NCBI GenBank assembly: GCA_964035575.1
Contig: OZ037833.1
Span: forward strand, 744,001 to 808,000
DNA from: Rhynchopus sp. YZ270_cl-10
Taxonomy: Eukaryota
DNA length: 64,000 nucleotides
Direction of reading: 5' to 3'
Part shown: piece after piece, positions 22,217 through 33,832 of the stretch
Position numbering within the stretch: the first letter of the stretch is position 1
How the letters are laid out: every line of letters begins with the position of its first letter
Position numbers and translations under genes: made by a program
Notes under the pieces: model-generated
What the model was told of the DNA's origin: nothing
Databases searched by the model: none
What the model saw: the letters and a program-made list of their open reading frames with translations, nothing else

Positions 22217-23185
22217 TGAGGCATTTTGACTTTTTTGGACTTCCGCGCAAAGTACGTACAAACCACCCCTCATACCCACCCAGAAATGGGTCAGAAACAC
22301 CCTGTGACCCGAAAATCCATGCTAAGGGCGACTCAGAATATGAAAAAATGCAAAAAAATAGTAGGACTTTTTTTGGCCGTTTTTTGGTGTTTTTAGGTCA
22401 AAAAATACCCTGGACTTTACCCTGGACGTCCTGGGCCGCGACTTGCGCCCTGCTTTTGGACCCACTCTGGGCCAAAAAATGGGTGAAAACCCCCGAAAAA
22501 GCACTCCGGGAACCCAGATAGTTCCAAATATCCACCAGAAACCCACCCAAACACCTCAAAAACATGCCAGAAAAATATTTTTAAAAACACACTTTTTCAA
22601 ATAAGTCATTATGGAACCTGCCCAGATGAACTTTTTGAAAAAAGTGTGTTTTTGAAAATATTTTTCTGGCATGTTTTTGAGGTGTTTGGGTGGGTTTCTG
22701 GTGGATATTTGGAACTATCTGGGTTCCCGGAGTGCTTTTTCGGGGGTTTTCACCCATTTTTTGGCCCAGAGTGGGTCCAAAAGCAGGGCGCAAGTCGCGG
22801 CCCAGGGACGTCCAGGGTAAAGTCCAGGGTATTTTTTGACCTAAAAACACCAAAAAACGGCCAAAAAAAGTACCTAAAGTGTCCAAAACAGGTCGGAATG
22901 GACTCACAGGACCTCCCTGGGGTAGGTTTGTGCCCAAGCAGCTGTCATGACGTCGAAATTTTGCTGTTTTTTTGATTTTTTTGTCCAAAAATGGCCATTT
23001 TACCCAACATGGCCAAAACCGTCAAAAGGCCACTTTTTCACTATTTTTTTGCATTTTTTCATATTCTGAGTCGCCCTTAGCATGGATTTTCGGGTCACAG
23101 GGTGTTTCTGACCCATTTCTGGGTGGGTATGAGGGGTGGTTTGTGGGTACTTTGCGCGGAAGTCCAAAAAAGTCAAAATGCCTCA
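22217..23185. repeat. Long foldback inverted repeat (~385-bp arms, ~30-bp loop, ~165-bp extra segment in the right arm)
   Basis: 22217-22362 is the reverse complement of 23040-23185, and 22363-22601 of ~22634-22875, at near identity. Confidence 0.92.
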
Positions 23186-23581
23186 CCCGTCCTGCACGGC
23201 GGGGTCCGCACACCCCGAGGGTCCGTAAAACGGCATGTTAGGACACTCCCTCTTTACGGAGTGTCATTACGTACCCTAGGGTACGTAATTACGGAGCCTC
23301 CCAGGGAAAGGGACTCTCGAAAATTTTTTTTTGCCCCCGTTTAGGGCTAATTTCGACGATTTGAGGCCATTAAAAGCAAAATTTGGCACTTTTGAGCATC
23401 TGTGGGGGTCTAAAACGCAGTTTAGAGTACCACAATTTTTAGTGGGTTTTACCGAAAACAAGTCAATTTTTGGGCCGAAAAAAAAATTTTTTTGACATCA
23501 CAAAATTGCCCTTGGTGGGCCTATGTGTCCTCAATGAAATGCAAATATAGCTATTTTTAACTTTCACACACAATTCCTTAA

Positions 23582-24451
23582 CACTCAGTGTTAAGGTCTT
23601 TAAGGTTGCTGATCACCCCACCCACCCTCCCTCCCCACCCACCCACCCTCCCCGCGCGGGGTGGGTTTCGGCCATTTTTTTTCAGGTCTCTAAACCTCCA
23701 AAGAGGTCAAAAAAGTGGATTCTCGGGAAGATAGGAGGTTTTTAGGAGACTTTCTCTGAAGCAAAGACCTCCAAACCCTGACAGACCCTGAAACCAGGGT
23801 GTCGCGAGTACCCCTTTTTTACACGTGTTTCTTAAGGCTTCTACAGGGTTCTACAGGCAAAACAGGCGTTTTGGCCGAAAACCCGGTTTTTAAGGCAGGT
23901 AACCGGGTTTGCGGCTTGGGTAACGTGCCAGCGCGCTGTGAGAACCATGCGTGGGGGGTTGTAACCACTCGTTGCGTTGGTTGCGTTGCGTTCGCTACGT
24001 TGCGTACACATAGCTACGTGCACACCGGTTACGTTGTGTTGCATGCGTTGTGTTAGTTGTGTAGAGATCGTTATATACAGAGTGCAACGAACAGAGCGGT
24101 TGCGTTGCGTTGGTTGTGTTCGGTTGGTTACGTTCGTTGCGTTCCGATCGTTTCGTACACATCGGTTGCGTTGCGTTGCATGCGTTGCGTTCGTTGCATA
24201 CAGATCGTTACGTACTCATCGCTTGCATTGCGTTGGATGCGTTGCGTTCGGTGCGTTGCGTTGCTTCCGTGTCTTCGGTTCGAGACGTTACGTACCGAAC
24301 GGTTGCGTTGCGTCGGTTGCATTCGTTCCGTTCACATCGTTCCGATCTGAACGGAACAATGTGAACGCAAGAAACGTATCGCATCGGTTGCGTTGGTTGG
24401 CTTGTGTGCGTTGCAAACCTTTCATACATCAACCACACCAGCCAGTGAGTG
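23582..24451. mobile_element. Possible TTAA-flanked (piggyBac-type) MITE nested in the composite element, containing a GTTGC-rich low-complexity tract (~23970-24415)
   Basis: TTAA|CACTCAGTG at the left and CAGTGAGTG|TTAA at the right. The inverted match is short. Confidence 0.45.
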
Positions 24452-25269
24452 TTAAGGATTGCCAAAAAAAACTAAATTTTAACGGGTTTTACCTGTGTAC
24501 CTGTGTATCTGTGTACCTGTGACTGGGTACTGGGTACTGGGTACTGGGCACCCAGAGAAAGCACCTTAAAAGCAGCGAAGGCGCAGGTTACGGGGAAGAC
24601 AAGGTATGTAATTATGTTTAACTTTCAGTTACTAGTGAAGATTGAACAAAAAAATGCCGCATATTTCAACTTGTTCGTGTTTTCAACTCGAAATAAACGC
24701 GTAATGTTCACACTATTAAATAGCTATTTTTTTACGCACCAATCATTTTGTGTCACCTCATGACATGAAGGAGGAAATAGAAACAAAGCATTTTGAACAC
24801 ACTTGCGGTTCTGGGGACGAACCGCGCTGCAGAGCCACTCCTCAGGTCGAGGTGTGTGCGTTTCACCACAACCTCTCCCATGGGTTTTATCGTGTGATGA
24901 GTGTTACGTTTCTATTTGGTTCCACAGGCGCTCGTTACCTGCTTCACATAATTCACCTCGCTTCACTCGAACCATTTGTGCAGCAGGTCACTCTCTCGAC
25001 CTGTAGCGTGGAAAAAATCTATCTTATTTCACGGCAATAAATAGCCTTTTTTATTAACCTCACCTTTCCCGACTACTACGTTTGTATACCATAACTTAAT
25101 CACACCCCACATTTACACTTATACAGGATCGTGAAGTCTGAACTGCACCCGCGATTGCGATGAGAAGCTTCACCGCGGTCCGACATTCAACAACTCAAAA
25201 TCTACCCGCATCAATCTATTCTGAGTTTGCGGACGAAGATCTGGGTGGAGGGGGGTGGGTACACTTAGT

Positions 25270-26500
25270 CAGTCACTGCTATAGCCATTAACCAAGGGAG
25301 CATAGCTAGTGCAAGAAATTCGACTTTGGAAACCTTCCGGAAAGTCTGTCCTCTGCTTGCGGAGGACTAGACACAAGAAAATATTGCGTTCCCCCAGAAA
25401 ACCAGTGCACAATTCACACTCCTTGTGGGTGGTCTTGTTGCCTTTTTGGTCAACAGTAATTTTGGCCCAGGCATGCTCTTGAAGCATGACAATTTAGTGT
25501 GTATGGGGCAGGGTGTTGTTTTGTTCTGAATTCTCTTTGTTATAACATCTAAGTCAATCGCGGGTGGTGGTTTGTGTAGCGTGAGGCACTCTTTTTAACA
25601 AACTTCCTGCGGCTGCTAAAGTGTTATTTCTTCGGATTTAACAACGTACAGCGTAACATAGTGGATTAGCCTGGTCGACACAACCTTTGATAGCTATGGG
25701 ATAACCAACCCCCTTCGACCCCTTGTGGGTTCACTGAACAAGCCCTAGTGGTAGTTAAACGCGATTGACATTTACATTCCTAAAGATGAAAGAACAAGAC
25801 AACACTTCTGTACCCGCGCATCAAAATTGTGGAAAACTTTGCACCCCAAACACCCTCAACAACGCCCGCCAAAAGGCGCCCCTTGTTGCTGGGACTTGGT
25901 TCTCATTGATACACTGCACAGCAGGCATTCCTCTGAGTCCAACGCAGTTTGGCCTGTCTGCAGCGTTGCACCGAAGGTGCACGAAGACAGGGTCTGGTGG
26001 TAAATTTTGCGTCTCGCATTCCCTCAGGGAAGTTTAAAAACTCTTGAGCTCGGTTTGTTGTCAAAGAAATATTCCACCATGTATTGAGGAGGGTAAGACA
26101 GTGTTCGCAGTTTCTACTTGATAGCATTACAACATTTAACTTCTCCACGGGGGTCTTGGGCCGTTCACTCGGTTATACCTTGACTACCGGAAGATATTCT
26201 TGAGGCCTTTTTGGTCTCTAGAATATCCGGTCTTCCCGAACGGAGGCACACTTTGTGTGTTACTACGACCTGGCAATTTCCAGCAGTAGGTTAAGTAATC
26301 TTTCTTGTAAATTGTTGGATCATTATCTCCTCAGTGCATGGTGGAAGACGTCTTTGATAACTAACCGAGCTCACGACTTTTTTCGGTATGTAACTTGGGA
26401 TAGGCCCACATGATCATGGTCTATCATGTGGTACCTGTGTACCACTCGGTTTGCTCCCAGGGCTTTTCGACCAGCAGTCACACATCCAAACAGTGATTTC
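25270..26500 (-). pseudogene. Heavily decayed piggyBac-like transposase remnant
   Basis: Colinear minus-strand motifs separated by stops or frameshifts: YIPKK (26378-26392), FFDN (26057-26068), KGCVDQAN (25665-25688; cf. KGGVDxxDQ), then a Cys-rich tail KECELC...FLCLV (~25420-25365). Confidence 0.45.
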
Positions 26501-26644
26501 CCACCTTAGACCACGTAATTACGTACCCTAGGGTCCGTAATTACGGACCCGGGTCCGCACTTGAGGGTCCGTAAAGAGGGTCCGTAAAATTTACGGACCC
26601 TCGGGTGTGTGGACCCCGCCGTGTGAAGGTTTTGCCCCCACCTA

Positions 26645-26680
<36 letters not shown>

Positions 26681-27065
26681 GGTAGAACGATCTTGAGTCT
26701 CTCTTCAAGATAAACGTTTTTTTAAAAATAGGATGGAGCACCCCGTTCCGAAGAGGAAATGCAGCCAACCCCGGCAGGTACGCGGATCTTGAGTCTCTCT
26801 TCCTTAATCATTGCCCACCCCAAAACAACAACTCCAAAAAAAAAAAAGAACGCACACAGTCCCCTGCACTGCCACATCACATCCGACCCCCACCCCCAAA
26901 AGTTAAGATATTTTCAACCCTTTTAGTAAAAAAAAAAACGCACACGGCCCATGGCAAGAAGCAAACACATAAAAAAAAAATATCGACCTTATTCATAAGA
27001 TGAGAGAGACTAGGGCTGCATCCTTGGACAAAAAGGGAAGGGTGTGGGGTGTCGGGCTCTTATGT

Positions 27066-28585
27066 TCATGCGTACGACTCATCATCTTCTTCGACAATGT
27101 TTTTCAAATACAAAATGCTCTGAACCTGGAAGTCATCTGTAGTATGGGCGTTGAAAAAAAAAAAATACAGGGTATGGGGTTGTAGGGGCAGGGGTTGGGT
27201 GAGTGTTTGCGTGGCATACCCAACTTCTTAATCCCTTCGTACACACCGGCTGCTGTCGCAATCTTTTTGGGCTCTGTAGAAGGAAAACATTGTAAGACAA
27301 TAATAAGAACTTCAACCCGTCACCTTGAAAACAACAACAATGTTATTCATTCAATGAATTGAAAGCAGAGGTATAGGGGTCAACAGAAATGGTCCCTTGG
27401 TATGAAGTTCCTTTGCAAGGAAAACAACAACAATGTGAAACGAACCTACGTTTCGGATGCTTTGTCCAAAAGAGAGGTTAAAAAAAGTGCAAACGGCAGG
27501 AGGCACTGATTCTCCGTGGAAAAAAGGGGGAAAAAAAAATGAAAAATTATAATTTATCAGACAAGCCTCTCTCGCTGTCCCAATGATACCTTCTTCAATC
27601 GCCCCGTCGATGACTGCGGCCATAAGCTCCGCCTCGCGTGTCCCCCCGAGGTGGATGTCCATGTCCTCGTAGCGGCGCAGCGCGTCCTTGCAGCGGTTGA
27701 GCTGCTCCTCCTTGTTGTTGACCTTGACCATGAGGAAGCGGCACATCATGCACTTCAGGAGCAGGTCCTTCACCTGGTACTTCATGGATCCATGCCGCAG
27801 GTAGCTCTTCACTACGGTCTCGTAGGCGGTGATCGCCTCTTGTGGCATATGCAGTTTCTGTTGTGTATTGTTGTATCGACAACCATTTTTCTTTGATAAA
27901 TTGTTGTAGTGTAGTTGCCTCGGCTGTGTTGCCACAGTTGTGCAATCTCCACTTTCCTCTTTATGACACTAAAGATCCGCACTATGTCGAAGGCTAAAGC
28001 CTTTGGGGGCCGAAGCCTTTGTACTATGGAAAGGTAAAGACATCAGACTCATCCTCAAAGCTTTAAAGAGTACCGGACTGGAGATGAAAAAAAACAAAAT
28101 ACCTCAGCATAAAGCTTGGCAACCTCGAGAAGGGTCTGGTTCGCTGATGTATGCTGCTCTTCGCCACTAAAGAAGTCTACCGCCTTCTTGTACGCTTCTA
28201 TCGCCTTGTCGTAGTCTTCGCCTTCTGCGTGGAACTCACCGAGCTCCTTTTGGAGTTTTGCTGCCTGCGAAAACTTTCCTTCGTTGCACAGCATATCCGC
28301 CGCGGTCGTGTAGCACATGAGTGCGTCCTCACAGCGCACCTTTTTGTAGCAGCGGGCCGCCTCCGTAATGTATTCAGTAGACTCATATGTGTTGCCGCAC
28401 TGATGGTGGCAGTCGCTGCACCGCATGAACGCTGTCCCCGCGCTCTTCCATTCCTTCGCCACCTTAAACTGGTTCGCACTCTTGTGAAACAGCTCCGCCG
28501 CGTCTTCGTATTTATTTCCAAAAAACGACCACTTCTTCAACTGCTTCTCCCCCTGGTTAAACAACTCCTGCCCTCTTGAAGTCAT
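27066..28585 (-). CDS. SEC17: Alpha-soluble NSF attachment protein (alpha-SNAP), 291 aa, 4 exons
   Basis: Exons 28585-28103, 27857-27590, 27273-27220, 27136-27066, all GT-AG and phase-consistent (876 nt). SNAP motifs FFGNKYEDAAELF..AN.FKVAKEW..AG.AF and G.FSQAAK...LGE; C-terminus KLDDFQVQSILYLKNIVEEDDESYA. Confidence 0.93.
27892..27953 (-). repeat. Short dispersed A-tailed repeat, copy 1 (in alpha-SNAP intron 1)
   Basis: Diverged match to 32992-33071 and 47389-47460. Confidence 0.8.
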
Positions 28586-28648
28586 TTTATTAGGGGAAAG
28601 GGGAAAGGAAGAGGGGGGGGTGGTGAGAGGGTGGAACGGTGTGTGTTA

Positions 28649-29045
28649 CTGGGGGGGGGGGCTAATACAAGAGGTACTGCTAATACAAGAGGTACTTTGA
28701 AATCGGGATTTTCACGATTTTTTACCGGCTAATACAAGAGGTACTGTATTCTTTCCTTTATTTGACTTGATCACTTTTTTTCAAAAAAATAAATCGATGG
28801 TGTCAAATGAAAGGTTTGCTCAAAATCTTTCAATTGTGGCCAGGTACGATCAAAAAGTTGAAAATTTTCCCGTGTTACTGGTTGGCGAGAGTAAAAATCC
28901 AGAAAAAAATTTAGCAAAAATCCAGAAAAAAAAAGCTAATACAAGAGGTACCTCTTGTATTAGACTTCCACCTAAAAAAAATTTTTTTAGGCGTAAATTC
29001 TTACGCCTAATAGAAGAGGTACCTCTTGTATTAGCCCCCCCCCAG
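28649..29045. mobile_element. MITE (397 bp) with TA duplication
   Basis: TA|CTG(G)nCTAATACAAGAGGTAC ... GTACCTCTTGTATTAG(C)nAG|TA. The CTAATACAAGAGGTAC motif is reiterated internally in both orientations. Confidence 0.88.
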
Positions 29046-29049
29046 TAAG

Positions 29050-29988
29050 CATACCTTCGCAAATTTATGACGTAGCGCGTAGCGGGGGGGGCGTAGCGGG
29101 GGGGAGATAAGGTAGCGTACATGACGTAACGTAACGTAGCGCACGTAACGTACATGACGTAGCGTACATGACGTAGCGTACATAACGTACATGACATAGC
29201 GCACATAACGTAGCGTACGTAATGTACATGACGTAGCGTACATAACGTAGCGCACATAACGTACATGACATAGCGTACATGACGTAGCGTTCATAACGTA
29301 CATGACATAGCGTACATAACGTAGCGCACATAGCGTACATGACGTAGCGTACGTAGCGCACATGACGTAGCGCACATGGCGTAGCGTACGTAACGTACAT
29401 GACGTAGCGTACATGACGTAGCGCACATAACGTAGCGTACATGACGTAGCGCACATAACGTAGCGTACATAACGTAGCGCACATAACGTAGCGTACGTAA
29501 CGTACATGACGTAGCGTACGTAACGTAGCATACGTAACGTACATGACGTAGCGTACGTAACGTAGCGTACATAACGTACGTAGCGCACATAACGTAGCGT
29601 ACATAACGTAGCGCACATAACGTAGCATACGTAACGTACATGACGTAGCGTACGTAACGTAGCGTACATAACGTACGTAGCGCACATAACGTAGCGTACA
29701 TGACGTAGCGTACATAACGTACATGACATAGCGTACATAGCGTGCGTACGTTCATGCGGCCATATTTGACGAAATTTAATGTGCCAAGAACTTGTCAAAT
29801 TTTCGAAATTGACCCCACGGTGGAAAGATCAGTGATCCGAAAATGCAAATAACAGCACTTTTGGCCACATTCTCCACACGAGTGTAACATTCCCTGTACA
29901 AAAGGCTCACGACCCCTATTCGCAAAAGGGGACGTAGCGCGTAGCGCGCAGCGCCACCCCAAAATCAGGGTCAATTTGCGAAGGTATG
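29050..29988. mobile_element. hAT-like non-autonomous element with 8-bp TSD CCAGTAAG, carrying a ~680-bp ACGTAGCGTACAT-type mosaic minisatellite (~29067-29750)
   Basis: 16-bp TIRs CATACCTTCGCAAATT / AATTTGCGAAGGTATG; CCAGTAAG at 29042-29049 and 29989-29996. Confidence 0.85.
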
Positions 29989-31156
29989 CCAGTAAGGGGG
30001 GGGGGGGGGGGAACTGTGTCTGTCGGGAGAGGGTGACCAAAAGAAAAAAAAAATTGAAAAATGGATGAAGTTTGGGGGAGTGAAGAGAGCTCAAGCCTAC
30101 ATAAAAGGGAGGGAGGGGGGAGAGAGGAGGATCGTTTACAGGACACACACCTCATCTCGAAAGAGTGTGGGTGGGGATGAGACATTTACGGATTCTGGTC
30201 TAACCTTTTTTTGAATTTTTTTTTTGTTTTTGCACAGAAAACCAGATCCGGAAAATAGGGGGGAATCGATCCATTTTGAATACGATGAGGGGAGTGCGGG
30301 GGTGATGAACAGAACGCCACAGAACAGAGTAATATAAAAAAAAAGGAAATTTGTAAGATGGATGTGCCTCTCGTGCACACACATCTTTAAAAAAAAAACG
30401 AACACAAACGGAAAATGCAACAACTGTACAGAACGACCAGAAAGAACTCACAAGAAAAAAGTCGAAAACACACAAAAATACGACAAAATAGAGACAAAAA
30501 ATAAGCAGAAAATTCGATGAAATGCGACCACACTGAACGCACATCTGGAAAAAAGCCGTGTCTCTTCTCTTCAAGCCCATTCAGTCGTGGACTACGACGG
30601 TATCTGATCATATTCGATCCTCACGGTACTCCCTCCAATCGTACACGCTGCACACAATGGAGGAATCGCCAACAAAACAAAGAAACGTTGAAAGTGCATA
30701 ACGCCTCGCTGATACAGCGGCAGGACGTAGGCACAAAATATATAAAAAAAAGTTGACTTGAAATACAGAGCCCTCTCGTGACAATGTACCTAAATGAAAT
30801 CTTCATAAGATGAACCTAAGCTATGCTTAGTATTTGCATCATATGCAATCAATACATTGATAGTATATGGTGAGGGATCAATACGCTTAGTGAAAAAAAA
30901 GAAAAAAAAAACAGTGTATCGAGTGGGAGCGCTCGGTTCGATACGGTTGCTTGCAAAAAAGAAAATGGGGTAGATAGTGTGAGAAAAAGGGGGAAAAGTC
31001 TAGTCTGTGCTGTTCATTTCATATAACAAACAGGAACCACAGGAATACAACGAACGTTTCAAAACAAAACAAAACAAAATAAACGGGTGTCTTAAAATAC
31101 AAAGCCCTTCTCGTGAACAACAGTGTACCCTAAAACGATGAACACCACTGGCACCC

Positions 31157-31277
31157 TAATGGTGGCAGTATTGTGATGGGAGCCCATTGGAATACGCAAA
31201 ATACATTGCAATACACGAGTATTGTGATGTATTTTGCGTATTCCAATGGGCTCCCATCACAATACTGCCACCATTTA
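31157..31277. repeat. 121-bp near-perfect hairpin (miniature foldback/MITE)
   Basis: ~57-bp arms around a 4-nt loop (ACGA); flanked by the imperfect 9-bp direct repeat CTGGCACCC / CCGGCACCC. Confidence 0.9.
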
Positions 31278-31501
31278 CCGGCACCCCTCCTTGGGTGCGG
31301 CGCAAGCTTGCATCTCACCTACTTTTGGCCATATTGCCTCCTTCCCCTATGAGAGGAAGGTGCAACGGTGAGCATTGATACGAAGCAGAGAGAGAGGTTC
31401 CCACACACACGCAAAACGCAGACACACACATCGTGAGAACAAAAAGGTCTTCATGGATAACGGTGTTGATGGCAGTCGTTACCAGACACACACCCAGGAA
31501 G

Positions 31502-32475
31502 CAGGCCTTTTGCTAACTTTGGGATTTTCCCCCTGAATGGCATGATGGTCAAAAAAAAATAATTTCCTGGAAAAAAAGTACATTCCGAGCTTTCCCACCT
31601 GGTAAAAGCGGTCGTCGCGCGCTTCGCGCGCGCCTCCCTGCCAGCCACAGGGTGGAGAGGCGAAGGGTCAGCTTTGCAAGATAACAAAAACGGAATCTAA
31701 TCCTTTATTAACGGTGCTTGGTCTTGCGCCTTACGTACACTAACCGTACAAAATCAATACGTCTTCCAGAAGCAGGGGCTGTTGCAACGGTTGGGTCACT
31801 TTGAAATAACAATGGTCAAATTTTTGCAGCTTGGGTCAAGTTTCATTTCTGGCTGCAAAATGCAAGGGAATCCCCTTAGACGTTGTAAAATGGCACCGTA
31901 GGCAGGAAGAAAATAGCGTACAGCGCGAGCGAAGCGAGCGAAAATTTTTTTTGAGGTATACCTCCGCGAGCGCAGCGAGCAGAAAAATTTTAAGGTGCCA
32001 TCATGCCATCATGCCATCATGCCATCATGCCATCATGCCATCATGCCATCATGCCATCATGCCATCATGCCATCATGCCATCATGCCATCATGCCATCAT
32101 GCCATCATGCCATCATGCCATCATGCCATCATGCCATCATGCCATCATGCCATCATGCCATCATGCCATCATGCCATCATGCCATCATGCCATCATGCCA
32201 TCATGCCATCATGCCATCATGCCATCATGCCATCATGCCATCATGCCATCATGCCATCATGCCATCATGCCATCATGCCATCATGCCATCATGCCATCAT
32301 GCCATCATGCCATCACGCATGCCATCACGCATGCCATCTGGGGGGGAAATCCCCAGGTGATGCAGAGCAAAAGCCCTGCCCCACCACCCCGTGGCATGAT
32401 GGTGGCATGATGGAAAAAAAAATAAAAAACGCCCAAAAACGTGGCATGATGGCATGATGGTTAGCAAAAGGCCTG
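31502..32475. mobile_element. Non-autonomous TIR element with 9-bp TSD CCCAGGAAG
   Basis: 16-bp TIRs CAGGCCTTTTGCTAAC / GTTAGCAAAAGGCCTG; direct repeat at 31493-31501 and 32476-32484. Confidence 0.87.
31997..32338. repeat. (GCCATCAT)n octamer satellite, ~40 perfect copies plus two variants
   Basis: Read directly from the sequence. Confidence 0.98.
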
Positions 32476-32991
32476 CCCAGGAAGAGAAAAAAAAATATTT
32501 TTGTTTTGCATCTGGACTACTCCACCCGGTTTTTTATCCAGACAAAAAAACAAACAAACAAACAAACAACCACACTCTGTTGGTTCTATGGGGGTAAAAA
32601 TCGCTAAACGGCAAAGGTGGGGAGAGAGGTTGCAATTTTATAACATTATAGAATGTGACCCCCACCCCAGATCACACGAGGTTGGCATGGCAGTCACTCA
32701 GTGCTAGGTTACCAGGTTGCCACAAAGAACAGGACATAGTATACACACACAAGGCACACTTGACGCACCCCACAAGCGGAGAGGGGGGGAAATATACAGA
32801 GCCTTTTTGTACTGAGGACCGGCTTGCCCCACTCTTCTCGGCGTTCACGTTTTGTTTTGTTTTGTTTTGTTTGTTTTGTACTACTGTTGGGGGTTCCTAA
32901 AGAAGCCTCTTGGGGCGAGTGTGACCCACATCGAGTCTAGCTTTTGGAGTAACAGTACTGGGGTGAAGTGTGAACGATGAATTTTTCTTCT

Positions 32992-33071
32992 TTTTTTTCG
33001 ATAAATTGTTTGGAGTAGTGTAGTTGCCTCTGGTTGTGTTGCCACAGTTTTTTTTTGTGCAAATCTCCACT
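32992..33071 (-). repeat. Short dispersed A-tailed repeat, copy 2
   Basis: GATAAATTGTTTGGAGTAGTGTAGTTGCCTCTGGTTGTGTTGCCACAGTTT is identical to the copy at 47395. Confidence 0.85.
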
Positions 33072-33832
33072 TTGTTTGGGGGTATTACATTTTTAAAAGG
33101 TGAAATACATTTTTGGTATTTATTCGGGTCCGCGCTTCGTTTTGTCAACACTCAATCCCCTTTCAGGTTGGGGGGCAGAAAAGAAAATATGGTACTGTCA
33201 CACAACCACCCGAGCGCAGTTCTCCCCCAATACACACAAAAAAAGGGTGGGCGGGAGGGCAAAAAAGCGCGCCCGAAAACGCCCTTAAAAACACGAACGC
33301 GCGTTCGTGACCTATGCATACAAATATAAAAAAAATGGCGCGGGCAAAAATGTCCCATTGCTATGTCACACGAAGAAAAAAAATTTGTGTAAGATGACCC
33401 TTTTATCGTAAGAACCATCCCTATTGTTCTGCTGATCTCTTACCTGTCTGTGCAAGACAGTGCACAACACTCTCTGTTGTAGGATAGACAAACCAAACCA
33501 CTGTGTTTTCTGTACACAAAAGTCGCCGGAAAGGCTAAATTGGGGTGATCTGGGGACTTTTTTTTCAAGATTATTCACCTGCCATTCACAAAAATTCACA
33601 ACGAGGCGAAAACACACGTGATCCACCATGTGTGGGATCTTTTGTGAATGAATGTGAATTTTTGTGAATTTTTGTGAATCGCTAGTGCAGGTTTTGTGAA
33701 TTTATGTGAATTTTTGTGAATTTATGTGAAGGTTTTGTGCAGGTGTTGTGAATTTATGTGAATTTTTGTGAATTTTTGTGAATTTATGTGAATCGCTAGT
33801 GCAGGTTTTGTGATTTTTTTTTGGGTTTGCAG

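Larger units (their letters stand above)
22192..26642. mobile_element. ~4.45-kb composite TIR DNA transposon flanked by TA
   Basis: Ends are TA|GGTGGGGGCAAAACC (22192) and GGTTTTGCCCCCACC|TA (26642). The rest of the right TIR (26514-26623) is the inverse of 23196-23294, including the palindrome ATTACGTACCCTAGGGTACGTAAT. The left TIR is split by the foldback at 22217-23185. Confidence 0.75.

Noticed and set aside
28660..29035. CTAATACAAGAGGTAC repeats as a CRISPR-like array
   Set aside because: Irregular spacing, both orientations, no cas genes and a eukaryotic context; they are MITE terminal/subterminal motifs.
30400..30760. Moderately GC-rich stretch that might be coding (also 35650-35900)
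   Set aside because: No frame gave a convincing ORF or a consistent exon chain.
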